Below, in pieces: positions 17,953 through 27,312 of a DNA stretch of 64,000 bases (positions are counted from its first letter, which is position 1; each line of letters opens with the position of its first letter). The DNA is from a virus (lineage: Duplodnaviria; Caudoviricetes), in IMG/VR virus record IMGVR_UViG_3300038345_000118, positions 22,149 through 86,148 of that record; one strand, 5' to 3'. The notes under the pieces are model-generated. The model saw only the letters and a list, made by a program, of their open reading frames with translations. It ran no database searches and had not been told where the DNA came from. A program made the position numbers and the translations under genes.

Positions 17953-18411
17953 TTAATCCCATGAGTGTTCTTTAAGGGTTTCGTCGTCGGTGGGACAACA
18001 TCTGATGTCGGGGTCGTTGGTGTAGTCGATGTCGTCGTCCTCGTCGAGTTCCAGTTGGTTAAGTTCCGAGCGGGCGATGTCGAGGATGGTGGACTTGACG
18101 AGGGTTTCACCGTGCTGCATGTAGAGGACGGGGGTGTGGCGGTAGTCGGGCGAGAGCATGTTTTTCAGGGCCCATGTCTCGGCGGCTAAGGTGTAGTCGC
18201 GCTTCAGTTTGGTGAACATCACTTCAGGCATCATCTGCGCCAGTTCGCGTCGCACGGTGTCGATGTGCTTGAAGTCGAAATAGATGACTTGCGCCTGCAC
18301 CTGGCCGCCGTCGCTTGTCACCTCCAGTCCGTAGAGAAACCGCCCGAAGTATTCCTTCAGCATCTTCTTGTAGTCACGGCCAAGTGACTGAGGGGTTTTG
18401 ATTCTTTTCAT
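17953..18411 (-). CDS. hypothetical protein under a structured leader
   Basis: 152 aa, acidic C-terminus. Confidence 0.8.
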   Translation of the reverse strand: MKRIKTPQSLGRDYKKMLKEYFGRFLYGLEVTSDGGQVQAQVIYFDFKHIDTVRRELAQMMPEVMFTKLKRDYTLAAETWALKNMLSPDYRHTPVLYMQHGETLVKSTILDIARSELNQLELDEDDDIDYTNDPDIRCCPTDDETLKEHSWD

Positions 18412-18412
18412 A

Positions 18413-18625
18413 CGCTATGAATTTTGACAAACAAAAACTGCACTACGGGCTGTCAAGGTTCATAGCGGTGAGACCTTTGGGGCTGTTATCCAGTACCCCA
18501 CCCGGTGCAGTCGTATTTTTTGAGGATAATCCTCGTTCATTTTCGGGCACAAAAAATGCCGCTTGTTCGGCGGCTCTTTTTCTTCTTCGTGCCACCGCTA
18601 TGAATTTTTTGACATGGCAAAGATA
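18413..18625 (-). promoter_or_regulatory. promoter plus C4/CI-like antisense-type structured leader
   Basis: TATCTTTG at 18618-18625; two direct copies of TGTCAAAA(AA)TTCATAGCG and one complementary copy CACCGCTATGAACCTTGACA. Confidence 0.55.
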
Positions 18626-18839
18626 GGATGATTTTCTGAAACTTCCAAATTTTTCCGCAACTTTTTTTTGAGCGAAATCAGGTTATAACAAAGTTATAAA
18701 AAAAATTTGATATACCAATTTGGCATATCAAAAATATGTAAATGGATGTTCTATCTGTTTTGAAGTCGCAATTTGCGACTTCAAGTTATTAACTTCCTCA
18801 TTTTCAAAATGATTGAATTTGACATCACAATTTGTGATA

Positions 18840-19142
18840 TCAAAGAGCCGGTCGCATGATGGAGAGTCCAAGCGCGTTGATGATGCTAAGGAAGAAGCCT
18901 GCGGATGGTTCCACTCTTCCTGTCTCGATGCGCGAGATGTAGGACTTCTTGCTGCCTACGCGGTCGGCAAGTTCCTGCTGCGTGATGCCGTCGTGCTTGC
19001 GGGCATCACGAATGATAGTGCCAACATAGTAGGCGTATGCCTCGCGGCGAAAATGGTCGCGCTGCGGAGTGCCAGGCTGACCGACGAGTGAGTTCATCAC
19101 TTCGTCGAAACTGTGTACATCAGGATTGATCTTTGCTTGCAT
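18840..19142 (-). CDS. higA: HigA-like Xre HTH antitoxin
   Basis: IRDARKHDGITQQELADRVGSKKSYISRIETG; downstream of a RelE-like gene. Confidence 0.85.
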   Translation of the reverse strand: MQAKINPDVHSFDEVMNSLVGQPGTPQRDHFRREAYAYYVGTIIRDARKHDGITQQELADRVGSKKSYISRIETGRVEPSAGFFLSIINALGLSIMRPAL

Positions 19143-19455
19143 AGTATTCTTTCTTTAATTTGACTGCTTTATTGATTTCGGATGTGGGTGTCTTCTGTGT
19201 CTTCTTCTGAAATCCGTTGAATAGCATGACGATGTTGTTGCCATCGAAGATGAAGAATGCGCGATAGATGTTACCCATGTGGAAGGCCCTGAGTTCAAAG
19301 ACACCATCTCGTATGTGCTTGACAAACTGCTGGTTCAGGCGCTGCTGTGTCTTCAGCATGTCTAACACATAGAGAACTTTCCTCTGTGCTCCTTTGTCGA
19401 GCGACTGAAAGAAGTCAAGGAAGTAGTGCTTGTAGTACAGTATCTTTCGCTCCAC
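19120..19455 (-). CDS. higB: RelE/HigB-family toxin (Gp49-like)
   Basis: GTG start just after TATCTTTG (19460-19467); GVFELR, YRAFFIF, LFNGFQKKTQKTP. Confidence 0.85.
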   Translation of the reverse strand: MERKILYYKHYFLDFFQSLDKGAQRKVLYVLDMLKTQQRLNQQFVKHIRDGVFELRAFHMGNIYRAFFIFDGNNIVMLFNGFQKKTQKTPTSEINKAVKLKKEYYASKDQS

Positions 19456-19601
19456 GGTGCAAAGATAGCAAATGTTTTCAAATATGAAAACTTTTTGTGG
19501 ATTTTTTTGCAAAATAAAATTCAGCCCGCCGGACACGGGGCTGGGCGGGCTGAACGCAGGCGGTCTGGCTCCCTCCCTTCGGGAGGGGCAGGGGTGGGTT
19601 T

Positions 19602-20039
19602 TTACGGCTCAACGGTGCCGTTCTCTCCATCGTCGGAATCGAAGCCGGCATAGATGTCGGCCTCTTTGAAGGTGGCATCTTCGAACAGCTGACGAGCACG
19701 GAAGCGCTTGCCGAGGAAGAGGTTCATGTGGACACCCTTGATGCAGTTGGCGGTGAAATCGGAGGCCGTATCGCAGCCACGGGTGGAGATGCCAATCTTG
19801 AAAATGCCCAGTTCGTCGAACTCCACGGCCTTGCCCTCCAGGAGCAGCTCGCGCAGACAGACTTCCATCTCTACGAGCACACCACGGATGGTGCCCTCGG
19901 AGAACACACAATGGTGATTGGCCATGTGCGTTATAAATTCCTCAAAGGTGACGCGCTCGTGGGTGGCCCGTCCGTAATACTTCATGTAGCTCATTTCGGC
20001 CTTCTCGTTCTTGTTCTGGTACTTTTTGTAACGGATCAT
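19602..20039 (-). CDS. Bacteroidetes HU-like DNA-binding protein
   Basis: LLLEGKAVEFDELGIFKIGIST, typical HU-HIG pattern. Confidence 0.85.
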   Translation of the reverse strand: MIRYKKYQNKNEKAEMSYMKYYGRATHERVTFEEFITHMANHHCVFSEGTIRGVLVEMEVCLRELLLEGKAVEFDELGIFKIGISTRGCDTASDFTANCIKGVHMNLFLGKRFRARQLFEDATFKEADIYAGFDSDDGENGTVEP

Positions 20040-20196
20040 GGTTCAGAAAAGTTTAGGGTTGTGTGGCACTATTGCCGCCGTAAAGGTAGGCAAAGAGTTT
20101 ATCCTGCAGTCGGTTCGTTTGGGATATGGTCGGTTATCGTCGGTAACAGTCGGCAGAAATCACTCGAATACGCCGGGAAAATATTAACTTTGTGGT

Positions 20197-20415
20197 ATGA
20201 AAGCGTTTCGAGTTAAAGAATACGGGAGGACGGAGTTGGCCCTGCTCTACTGTCCGGACATCACGCCCGATGCCGCGTGGCGGAAGTTGCGGCAGTGGAT
20301 TCACCATTTTCCTGGACTCGAAGAGAGTCTGGCCGAACACGGCTACACCAACCGCTGCCGCTCGTTCACTCCGGCACAGGTTCGCCTGATAGTGGAAGCG
20401 CTTGGAGAACCCTAA
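20197..20415 (+). CDS. DUF4248-like protein
   Basis: YGRTELALLYCPD...RSFTPAQVRLIVEALGEP; promoter TAACTTTG at 20185-20192. Confidence 0.85.
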   Translation: MKAFRVKEYGRTELALLYCPDITPDAAWRKLRQWIHHFPGLEESLAEHGYTNRCRSFTPAQVRLIVEALGEP

Positions 20416-20719
20416 ATCCTTTAACATATTTTTTGTGCTGGTTTTTGGCAAAAATCAATATAATCTTTTTCAAAAACCAATATGATTTTAAAAAGTTAAG
20501 AGTGAAGAGTGAAAGGCTACGGGTAGGCGAGCATCGCTCGGGAATGGAGTGAAGAATTGGCGCTTCGCGCGATTATCAATTAAGAATTAAGAATTAAGCA
20601 TTAAGCATTAAATCGCTTTCCGTATCGCTTAGGGCATTTTGCTCGTTTTTGTGACTATGTTTTAACTTTTTTTATGGGGTTATTTTCAACGGCTCAAATT
20701 CCTCATTTTCTCATTTTCT

Positions 20720-21154
20720 TCATCTCTCATTTTCTTTGGGCACCGCCTCGCGCCAGATGCCTTTCTGGTTGGGCTGGTACTTCAGACCTTTGCGCTTGCG
20801 GATGGGTGGGTCCTTGGGGTTGTGGACGAAGGAGCGGCGGGTGGGGTCGAAACGTTGCTGCTCCACCACCTCGCGGCGCATGTTGCGCGTGGGGGCGAAC
20901 TTCAGGCGCTTGCAGGCGGGCACGGTGCGGATTTCGTCGCGACCTCCGTAGGTGTAGTGATACTTACGTTCGGGGATGTCGATGACGGCGAAGGTGCCGA
21001 ACGACTCGACGGGTACACAGAGTGAACCTTCGGCAAGCTGGAAACGGATCTCGTCGAAGACGGCGGGCAGCACCTGCTCGACGGTGGCCCTGCTGATGCC
21101 GCTGCGCTTCACGACGGCGGCGATGAAATGTTTTTTGTAGTCGTAGGGACGCAT
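20720..21154 (-). CDS. HU/IHF-family DNA-binding protein
   Basis: AVVKRSGISRATVEQVL, VESFGTF, VPACKRLKFAP. Confidence 0.8.
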   Translation of the reverse strand: MRPYDYKKHFIAAVVKRSGISRATVEQVLPAVFDEIRFQLAEGSLCVPVESFGTFAVIDIPERKYHYTYGGRDEIRTVPACKRLKFAPTRNMRREVVEQQRFDPTRRSFVHNPKDPPIRKRKGLKYQPNQKGIWREAVPKENER

Positions 21155-21158
21155 ATTT

Positions 21159-21392
21159 TCAAGTGAAGAGTGAAGAGTGAAGAGTGAAGAATTTGCTGCC
21201 GCACAACGTAACCATTACGAACAGCATGGCAAACAGGATGGCAGCAACGATGTAAAACGCCGTGCGCCATGCGTTGCGTTCACGCTCTATGCCGTAGTTG
21301 TCGATAGAAGTTTGAAGACTTTTGTGCCATACCTTCATGTATTCTTGATCGTCTGGCCTCGGTGCCGGAATGTCTGAGGGTTGAATTTTCAT
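21159..21392 (-). CDS. small membrane protein
   Basis: One TM helix; C-terminus formed by the heptamer repeat (FFTLHSSLFT). Confidence 0.7.
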   Translation of the reverse strand: MKIQPSDIPAPRPDDQEYMKVWHKSLQTSIDNYGIERERNAWRTAFYIVAAILFAMLFVMVTLCGSKFFTLHSSLFT

Positions 21393-21494
21393 ATTTTCTG
21401 TTTCTGTTAAATGAGCATAAGGCTCGGATTATAATTTTGTTGACGATAATTAATGTTAAATGTGGCGGACAAAATGATGCTTTTTGCCCTGAAC

Positions 21495-21803
21495 TCAAAT
21501 TCGCAGGATGAAATCGTTGGCCTGGAGGATGCAGCAATCACGAAGTCGGCGCGTCTGGCCGCTGGCGGTGAACTGCACGAGGCGCGAAGGGTAGGCACCT
21601 GGGCCGTCGTCGGGATAGACGGCGATGGTGACAACCTCTTCGCCACGAATCACGTCGCCATTGCTGGCGGCCACGTACCACACGCGCCAGGGGATGCGTT
21701 CAAGAGCCTCTCCCCCAACTCCTCTCCCAGAGGGAGGGGGGACTTTTACCAGGCGCGAGCGTTCGGCTACTCTACGGAGTTCTGAAAGGGCGAGGGTTTT
21801 CAT
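21495..21803 (-). CDS. hypothetical protein with an in-frame palindromic insert
   Basis: 102 aa; PPPSGRGVGGE is encoded by a CCCTCCC hairpin element. Confidence 0.7.
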   Translation of the reverse strand: MKTLALSELRRVAERSRLVKVPPPSGRGVGGEALERIPWRVWYVAASNGDVIRGEEVVTIAVYPDDGPGAYPSRLVQFTASGQTRRLRDCCILQANDFILRI

Positions 21804-21873
21804 TTTAAGTTAAGAGTGAAGAGTGAAGAGTGAAGTATCCACTCCCTCCCCTCGGGGAGGGTCGGGGTGGGGG

Positions 21874-22017
21874 TCATAAATCCGTTTTCAGAATTGTGTA
21901 ATACAATTCCAGAAGTTCGTCACGGGTGAGAGTAACCTGACGGTGAAACCCTTCGGAGTCCGTTCTGGTCACTATCCACATATCAGACTTCCCATCCTTC
22001 TTCAAATCAACATTCAT
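21874..22017 (-). CDS. small hypothetical protein (47 aa, not in ORF track)
   Basis: MNVDLKKDGKSDMWIV...ILKTDL between co-oriented genes. Confidence 0.55.
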   Translation of the reverse strand: MNVDLKKDGKSDMWIVTRTDSEGFHRQVTLTRDELLELYYTILKTDL

Positions 22018-22047
22018 GTAAGTGAAGAGTGAAGAATTTTTTAAAGG

Positions 22048-22584
22048 TTAAGATTCGGAGCTCTGGAATTTCTTCAGGAGGATCTGCCGTTCTTCCTCAT
22101 CGCGCTTACGCTTGGCCACGGTCTCACGGTCGGGGCCGTATTCACGGATGAATCGCAAGAGGGTTTCGTATTCGTTATGCAGACGGAGGAAGTCGGCATC
22201 GGGTCCGCTCCATGGCTTACGGTCCTCACGGGGACATCCGTCGAGCCATGCAACCAGGCTGATGTTCGGTCGGAGCTGATGAGTGACATGCGGCAGTATG
22301 CGCTCCAGCATTATATCTTCGTGGTTTATGCCGTCGAGCCACCAGTTTACCCATGCCTGTATTTCCTCTCCAACAGCTTCGCGTGATCCGTAGCGGCGGA
22401 CATACTCTGGCAGGCGGTCGATGACCTTCCGCATTTCGTCGAGCGAGAAGAACATCGTGTCTCCGAAGCAGCACAGGAAAGGATCATCAGACACCCAGAA
22501 CTCAGGTTCCATGCCGATGACCTCTCCGAAGAGCCGTGCATATTCCTTCGCCACGGCCCACAGTTGTTCATTGAGTTTTTTCAT
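22048..22584 (-). CDS. hypothetical protein
   Basis: 178 aa ORF. Confidence 0.8.
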   Translation of the reverse strand: MKKLNEQLWAVAKEYARLFGEVIGMEPEFWVSDDPFLCCFGDTMFFSLDEMRKVIDRLPEYVRRYGSREAVGEEIQAWVNWWLDGINHEDIMLERILPHVTHQLRPNISLVAWLDGCPREDRKPWSGPDADFLRLHNEYETLLRFIREYGPDRETVAKRKRDEEERQILLKKFQSSES

Positions 22585-22626
22585 TTCACTTTAATATTAA
22601 TATTATTGCGTTATTGCGTGATAACG

Positions 22627-23034
22627 TTATTTCGATGGAGGTGGCGGCGGGAGTTCGGCAGCCTGTTTCTTGACAAGTTTTTCAATGGCCTTATCGAGAA
22701 CATCCCGGGCAGGCTTTGCCAGTCCGAACACGCCGAAATGGTAGGCCACGCAACTCTCGATGTTTGCACCGCGTGACTGCTGCCAGCCCGGCATCTTGTA
22801 AATGCGGTTACAGCGGGTGAGTAGCCAGAGGTCGTAGAACAGCGTGAGTTTGTAGCCGATGATACAAAAAAGCCAAGGGAAGCGGCACGTCCATACACGC
22901 ACCGGATTTACGATGTGGGTGTAACCCTGTCGGCGAAGCAGCTGCTCGGCAAGACGGAAGCGGGCGATGTACTGTTCTCGCTGCACCGATGACATTGGCC
23001 CGGAGATGTATATAAGGTCTTTGTTTTTCTTCAT
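22627..23034 (-). CDS. DUF4406-like (nucleoside deoxyribosyltransferase-like fold) protein
   Basis: Start re-set to MKKNK; IYISGPMS, IVNP, DLWLLTRCNRIYKMPGWQQSRGANIE. Confidence 0.85.
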   Translation of the reverse strand: MKKNKDLIYISGPMSSVQREQYIARFRLAEQLLRRQGYTHIVNPVRVWTCRFPWLFCIIGYKLTLFYDLWLLTRCNRIYKMPGWQQSRGANIESCVAYHFGVFGLAKPARDVLDKAIEKLVKKQAAELPPPPPSK

Positions 23035-23071
23035 GTTTGCGGTTTTTGTTATCATTTTTGTTTTCCGTGAG

Positions 23072-23698
23072 TTATCTGAAGAGCCTGAGCCACCATGTAC
23101 GTTTCCGGATGATCCATACGCCGGCGGCGAGTGCGAGGGCGACAAGAACCAGATTACCCATCCAGAGGCGCATTTGCTCCCAGGTGGTAAACTGCCGTTC
23201 CACCTCCTTCACCACCGGCACGGGTACCGGCACCTCTTTCTCGCGATACACGATGCTGTCGCGTGTGGTCTCTTTGTGCTGCACGGGTACCGGTACGGGT
23301 GTGTCAAGACTGCGAAGGCTATGAAAGAGCAGGCCACCACGAATGGAGGCCGTGCTCTCGGCAAAGGAGATGCGAAGTGTAGAGGTAGTGTCGGGTGTCG
23401 TTCGCTCTACCACCTGTGCGGGCAGCGTGACATACTGCGTGTCGGGTATGAAGATTGTATTAGTAGTTACCTCGGTGCGGATGCTGTCTCGGATCTCGAC
23501 GACTGGCATGTACTTTGTCTTGCATCCGGAAAGCAGAGCACAAACCATAAATACAATGATGAATCCCAGCAGATACAGTCCGCATCCGTAAACGGTCATT
23601 TTTTCGCGGATTTCCTCACGCTCTTCCGGCGTAAGATCTTTCATGGACGGAAACACATCGTTGTCGAATCCGTAGGGGTTGTTAAATGAGTTGAGCAT
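23072..23698 (-). CDS. lipoprotein with C-terminal TM helix (u-spanin candidate)
   Basis: Lipobox LLSGC after a hydrophobic stretch, beta-rich middle, C-terminal TM plus basic tail. Confidence 0.6.
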   Translation of the reverse strand: MLNSFNNPYGFDNDVFPSMKDLTPEEREEIREKMTVYGCGLYLLGFIIVFMVCALLSGCKTKYMPVVEIRDSIRTEVTTNTIFIPDTQYVTLPAQVVERTTPDTTSTLRISFAESTASIRGGLLFHSLRSLDTPVPVPVQHKETTRDSIVYREKEVPVPVPVVKEVERQFTTWEQMRLWMGNLVLVALALAAGVWIIRKRTWWLRLFR

Positions 23699-23733
23699 GT
23701 TTTTGTTCTCGTTATGACGTTGTTTCGTTATAA

Positions 23734-23768
23734 CGAATTTACAGGTTAACGGATAAAAAATCAAGGGC
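23734..23768 (-). promoter_or_regulatory. phage late-type promoter
   Basis: GCCCTTGA-N19-TAAATTCG upstream of the spanin candidate. Confidence 0.75.
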
Positions 23769-23777
23769 GTATTTTTC

Positions 23778-24098
23778 ACAAAAGCGCCGCCAACCCAAAA
23801 AGCTACAACAGGGTCGGCAGCGCGGAGAATGGAAATTCAGCAAATTGCTTCAAAGAGAAGCAAGACTCAGAGCAAGAAGGCTACCTAAGCTGAAGCAGCC
23901 AACTCTACGAGTATATCCATCCTCACAGGATTCTTTTCACATTATTATCTTTTTATGGCAAAAATTGAAATGCACCTCACGGCGATATTTGGGTCGCGGC
24001 GCAGACGCAGGCATTAGAGGTGGCGTTAGCTGTGCGTTTTAATTAGGCGGGAAAACTGCGCCGCGATGTATCTGAAGACTGTTAGTCTGCTTTATGTT
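23778..24098 (-). ncRNA. candidate ~320-nt small RNA
   Basis: Promoter TACCTTTG (24106-24113) and terminator GCGCTGCCGACCC/GGGTTGGCGGCGC-TTTT; no convincing ORF between. Confidence 0.4.
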
Positions 24099-24744
24099 TG
24101 CGTTGCAAAGGTAAGTAATTTTATCGTAACTACCAAGAAATTAGATAGTTATCTTTTGAAATTTGGTTTTTGAAAAGCCGCATTTGTCCGCTTGTCTGGC
24201 GACTATCAAAACGCCGAATAACTCGTAACTCACTGATTATCAATTATTTATTTTAAAATTTTGCGGTTATTTTTATATTTTTATATTCATAAAGTGATTC
24301 AAAAAAAGGAAAGGATAGTATATATATATTATGTAAGTTATTGTATATCAATCATTTATTTTTATTTATCAATCTCTTATTACTTATAGTGGGTATGAGG
24401 GAGTTTCGCGCATGTATGATGAAATTAGTATTTCAATAAGAGAGTTTATATGTTTTTTTTGTTTTTAAAATACTTTGGGCGAAAAATGGGTGTTTTTAGA
24501 CAAGTGGGTAAAAAATGCATTGTAACTTATTGATATTCAGATAGGTTTCACTTATTTTTGCGTTAGACAAATAAAATGGCGAAAAACGGCACTTTTTGGA
24601 GTGTAACTTATTGATAATCAGTACTTGTCTAAAGTTTGTCCAAAACTTATTTTTTTGAGCCTAAATCAGACAAAAACAAGCGTTTTTGAATAAGTTGGAA
24701 AACTTTTGGAGAAGCAAACGGAAATGATTAACTTTGCCGTCGAG

Positions 24745-25368
24745 ATGGAGAAAAACTACAAGATACCGCCGATAACGTGGCTGAAGATGACGGACTACAT
24801 GCACGGTTGGCTGCAGCATGAGCTGGGCGGCGGTGCGAGAATCAAGGACCAGCGCGTAGTATGCGTGCAGCATCTGCCTGGTGCCAGGGAGGTGTTGCGC
24901 ATGGAAACGGTGGAGGATATGATGGAGAAGCGTCCTGCCGGCAATGCCATGAGCGGCACGCGGAAGAACTGTCTATGTGCCGGGATGGAACTGGACCCCG
25001 GTGTAATCGAGCGCGAGTACGGCATGACAAAAGAGCTGCTGAAGTTATACGTTCCCATCGAGTGTCCGAAGATGTGCCTGACGAAGAACGGCGTACTGCG
25101 TCCGTGGACGCTCAACGTATGCTTTGACAAGGAGCAGGCCACGGCTCTGCAGAAGTTGCTCAGACGTGAGTTTTGGAAGGCTGTGGAGAAATATAACGCG
25201 GAGTATGCCAGAAAGATGGGCGGGAAGAAATATCCTGCAATCGACATGATTGAGAATTTCTGCATGGATACCGAAACGCCGGACATGTACACAGAGGCCA
25301 TCAGGCGGGAATGGCAGCGGAGATGTAAGAGAAAACCCACCCCTACCCCTCCCGAAGGGAGGGAATGA
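24745..25368 (+). CDS. hypothetical protein (stand-alone; late activator candidate)
   Basis: Start re-set to MEKNYK just after TAACTTTG (24729-24736); basic helical C-terminus IRREWQRRCKR. Confidence 0.75.
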   Translation: MEKNYKIPPITWLKMTDYMHGWLQHELGGGARIKDQRVVCVQHLPGAREVLRMETVEDMMEKRPAGNAMSGTRKNCLCAGMELDPGVIEREYGMTKELLKLYVPIECPKMCLTKNGVLRPWTLNVCFDKEQATALQKLLRREFWKAVEKYNAEYARKMGGKKYPAIDMIENFCMDTETPDMYTEAIRREWQRRCKRKPTPTPPEGRE

Positions 25369-25375
25369 TTAGGCA

Positions 25376-26215
25376 TTATTTCCTCATGTCTTTGCCTTTA
25401 AATTCAATGGCGCGGACGATGGAGCGCAGGCGGCTAATGACCTCGTTGCCGTAGCGTTCCTGTATAGATAGCGGGTAACGCGGGTCATTGACGGGTGTGG
25501 TGGAGAGATTAGTGGTGATGATGAGCAGGTTTCCGTTCTGTTCCGCAGCGTCGCACAACTGGTAGAACGAGTCGTCTGGATTTCCGTAGTACTTTGCAGG
25601 TTCGCGTCCGAGACCGTCGATGATGACGATGCGCTCTTTCAGCAGGTCGTTGACCTTTGCTCTCATCTCAGTGGCCTTAACCGCAGGCACTTTTCGTCCG
25701 AGAATAACCGGCAGTATCTTCTCGCAGATAACTGTCTTTCCAAGTCCGCTAATGCCAACGCAGAGCAGCCCCCTACCCCGGTTGTCGGTCAGCCATTCTG
25801 CCACCTCGTCGTAAGCTGGAATCCACTGTACTTTGTCGCCCAGGAAATGTTGAAGTCCTTTCTTCAACCGCTCATGCGCGTTTGGTATAATTATATGCGG
25901 CCGTTGCAGATATGGGCCAGACGTTTCGTTTTGCAGAAAGTCAACGGGTGCTGACGCTTTGCTCTCCGCAATGCGATAGTTGAGTCTGACACCGGGTTTG
26001 AAACTGGAGTCAAGAGCCCATTTCATCATGGGCACGTGAATCTCCTCGATGTATTCAAAGACATAGCGGCTGGGCAGGCACAACACTACCGCGTTCTGCT
26101 CTTCGTCGTAGCGCTCGCAAATGATATCCTTGAACCATACATCAAAGACGTGCTGGCTCACCTTCAGCCGGATGAGTTGCTGGCATTGGTTCCAGAGTTG
26201 CTGCATATTTTCCAT
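25376..26215 (-). CDS. DnaA domain I fused to a DnaC/IstB-like ATPase
   Basis: LWNQCQQLIRLKVSQHVFDVWFKD (DnaA_N); Walker A GISGLGKT; IIIDGLGREP; LLIITTNL. Confidence 0.8.
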   Translation of the reverse strand: MENMQQLWNQCQQLIRLKVSQHVFDVWFKDIICERYDEEQNAVVLCLPSRYVFEYIEEIHVPMMKWALDSSFKPGVRLNYRIAESKASAPVDFLQNETSGPYLQRPHIIIPNAHERLKKGLQHFLGDKVQWIPAYDEVAEWLTDNRGRGLLCVGISGLGKTVICEKILPVILGRKVPAVKATEMRAKVNDLLKERIVIIDGLGREPAKYYGNPDDSFYQLCDAAEQNGNLLIITTNLSTTPVNDPRYPLSIQERYGNEVISRLRSIVRAIEFKGKDMRK

Positions 26216-26220
26216 GATGA

Positions 26221-27246
26221 CTATTTCTTATCGTTTCCAAAGAGTTCCATTCCGCTGTCTGTCGGCTGCTGCACTACGGGTTCAGGCTCTACGGATAGCG
26301 TTTTATAAGTTGTCTTGTTTTGCCGGTTCCGTTGTTCTATTGCCTTCTGAGTTTCAAGAAGGCCCTGCTTGATGTTACGCCCAAGATCGGTGAGGTGTAT
26401 ATGAAAGGCTATAGACTCCGGCGTGCCGCGTTTCTTTCCCGGCGGGTATATAAACTCGTATTCGAATGTACAGTCGATGCGGTCGGCGGCTTCGAGGATT
26501 TCCCGTCGAGCCGGTTCCAGCACACGCTTCTTGAAGTCGTTGATGTCACGGTATTTGTCAACGGTAGCCTTCTTAGTCTCCTTGTCGTAAGTCGTCAGGA
26601 GTATCTTCCGTAATTTCTCGTAGCTGATGACCCATGTGCCGAGTTGCTTGTTAGCGTTGATGAGCAGGTAAATACGTCCGGCATAGTTGCTGGAGAAGAG
26701 GAAGATAGCATCTTTCAGGTAGCGATGGTAAGGCGTAATGCGGAATAGGTCCTTGGCCGTCGTCTCCGTCATGTGCAAATAGATATTCTGGCGACGCTTT
26801 CCCGGCACGTCCTTGTCTATATCGACGACTGGAAACGCCACGGTGTATCTCATTTTCCCCTCCACCTCCTTTTCATAGACGATGGACTGCATGGACTTAG
26901 CCGCCGTATCCACGTCGTTGTAGTGCTGCGGTTCTATGCCAAGCTCAGAATAAGCCACCTTGAAGGTAAGATAGCGTGAGCGGTCATCGGGCGAGATAGG
27001 CTTGTAGTCTTCGCTGTCAAAAAGGTCTCCGATAAGTCCCTCCTTTGACTTTCTTTCGAGCGCCTTCTTGATTTTACCCTGCAGCTTCTCCATGATGGTA
27101 GTCTGGATGCGTGTCTGCATCATCGACATTTCACCGTTTAGATAAGTGAATGTGATGGGCTGCGTGATCATCTTTCGCTGTTCAGCGGGAACGCTGCTGA
27201 TAATTTCCTGCTTCAGCTGTTCAGCCTTACGTGACTTTCTTGCCAT
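26221..27246 (-). CDS. Rep_3-family plasmid replication initiator
   Basis: Start re-set to MARKS; MITQPITFT, FSSNYAGRIYLLI, KYRDINDFKKRVLEPA; upstream iterons. Confidence 0.85.
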   Translation of the reverse strand: MARKSRKAEQLKQEIISSVPAEQRKMITQPITFTYLNGEMSMMQTRIQTTIMEKLQGKIKKALERKSKEGLIGDLFDSEDYKPISPDDRSRYLTFKVAYSELGIEPQHYNDVDTAAKSMQSIVYEKEVEGKMRYTVAFPVVDIDKDVPGKRRQNIYLHMTETTAKDLFRITPYHRYLKDAIFLFSSNYAGRIYLLINANKQLGTWVISYEKLRKILLTTYDKETKKATVDKYRDINDFKKRVLEPARREILEAADRIDCTFEYEFIYPPGKKRGTPESIAFHIHLTDLGRNIKQGLLETQKAIEQRNRQNKTTYKTLSVEPEPVVQQPTDSGMELFGNDKK

Positions 27247-27312
27247 AATGTGTATCTTTAAAATATTACCATTGACATGGGACCGTTGTAGCCAAATCCC
27301 TGCATTCGGTGG

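Noticed and set aside
23880-23925. tmRNA-like tag ORF (MDILVELAASA) in the 320-nt RNA candidate
   Set aside because: No tRNA-like ends or CCA, and the peptide does not end in AA
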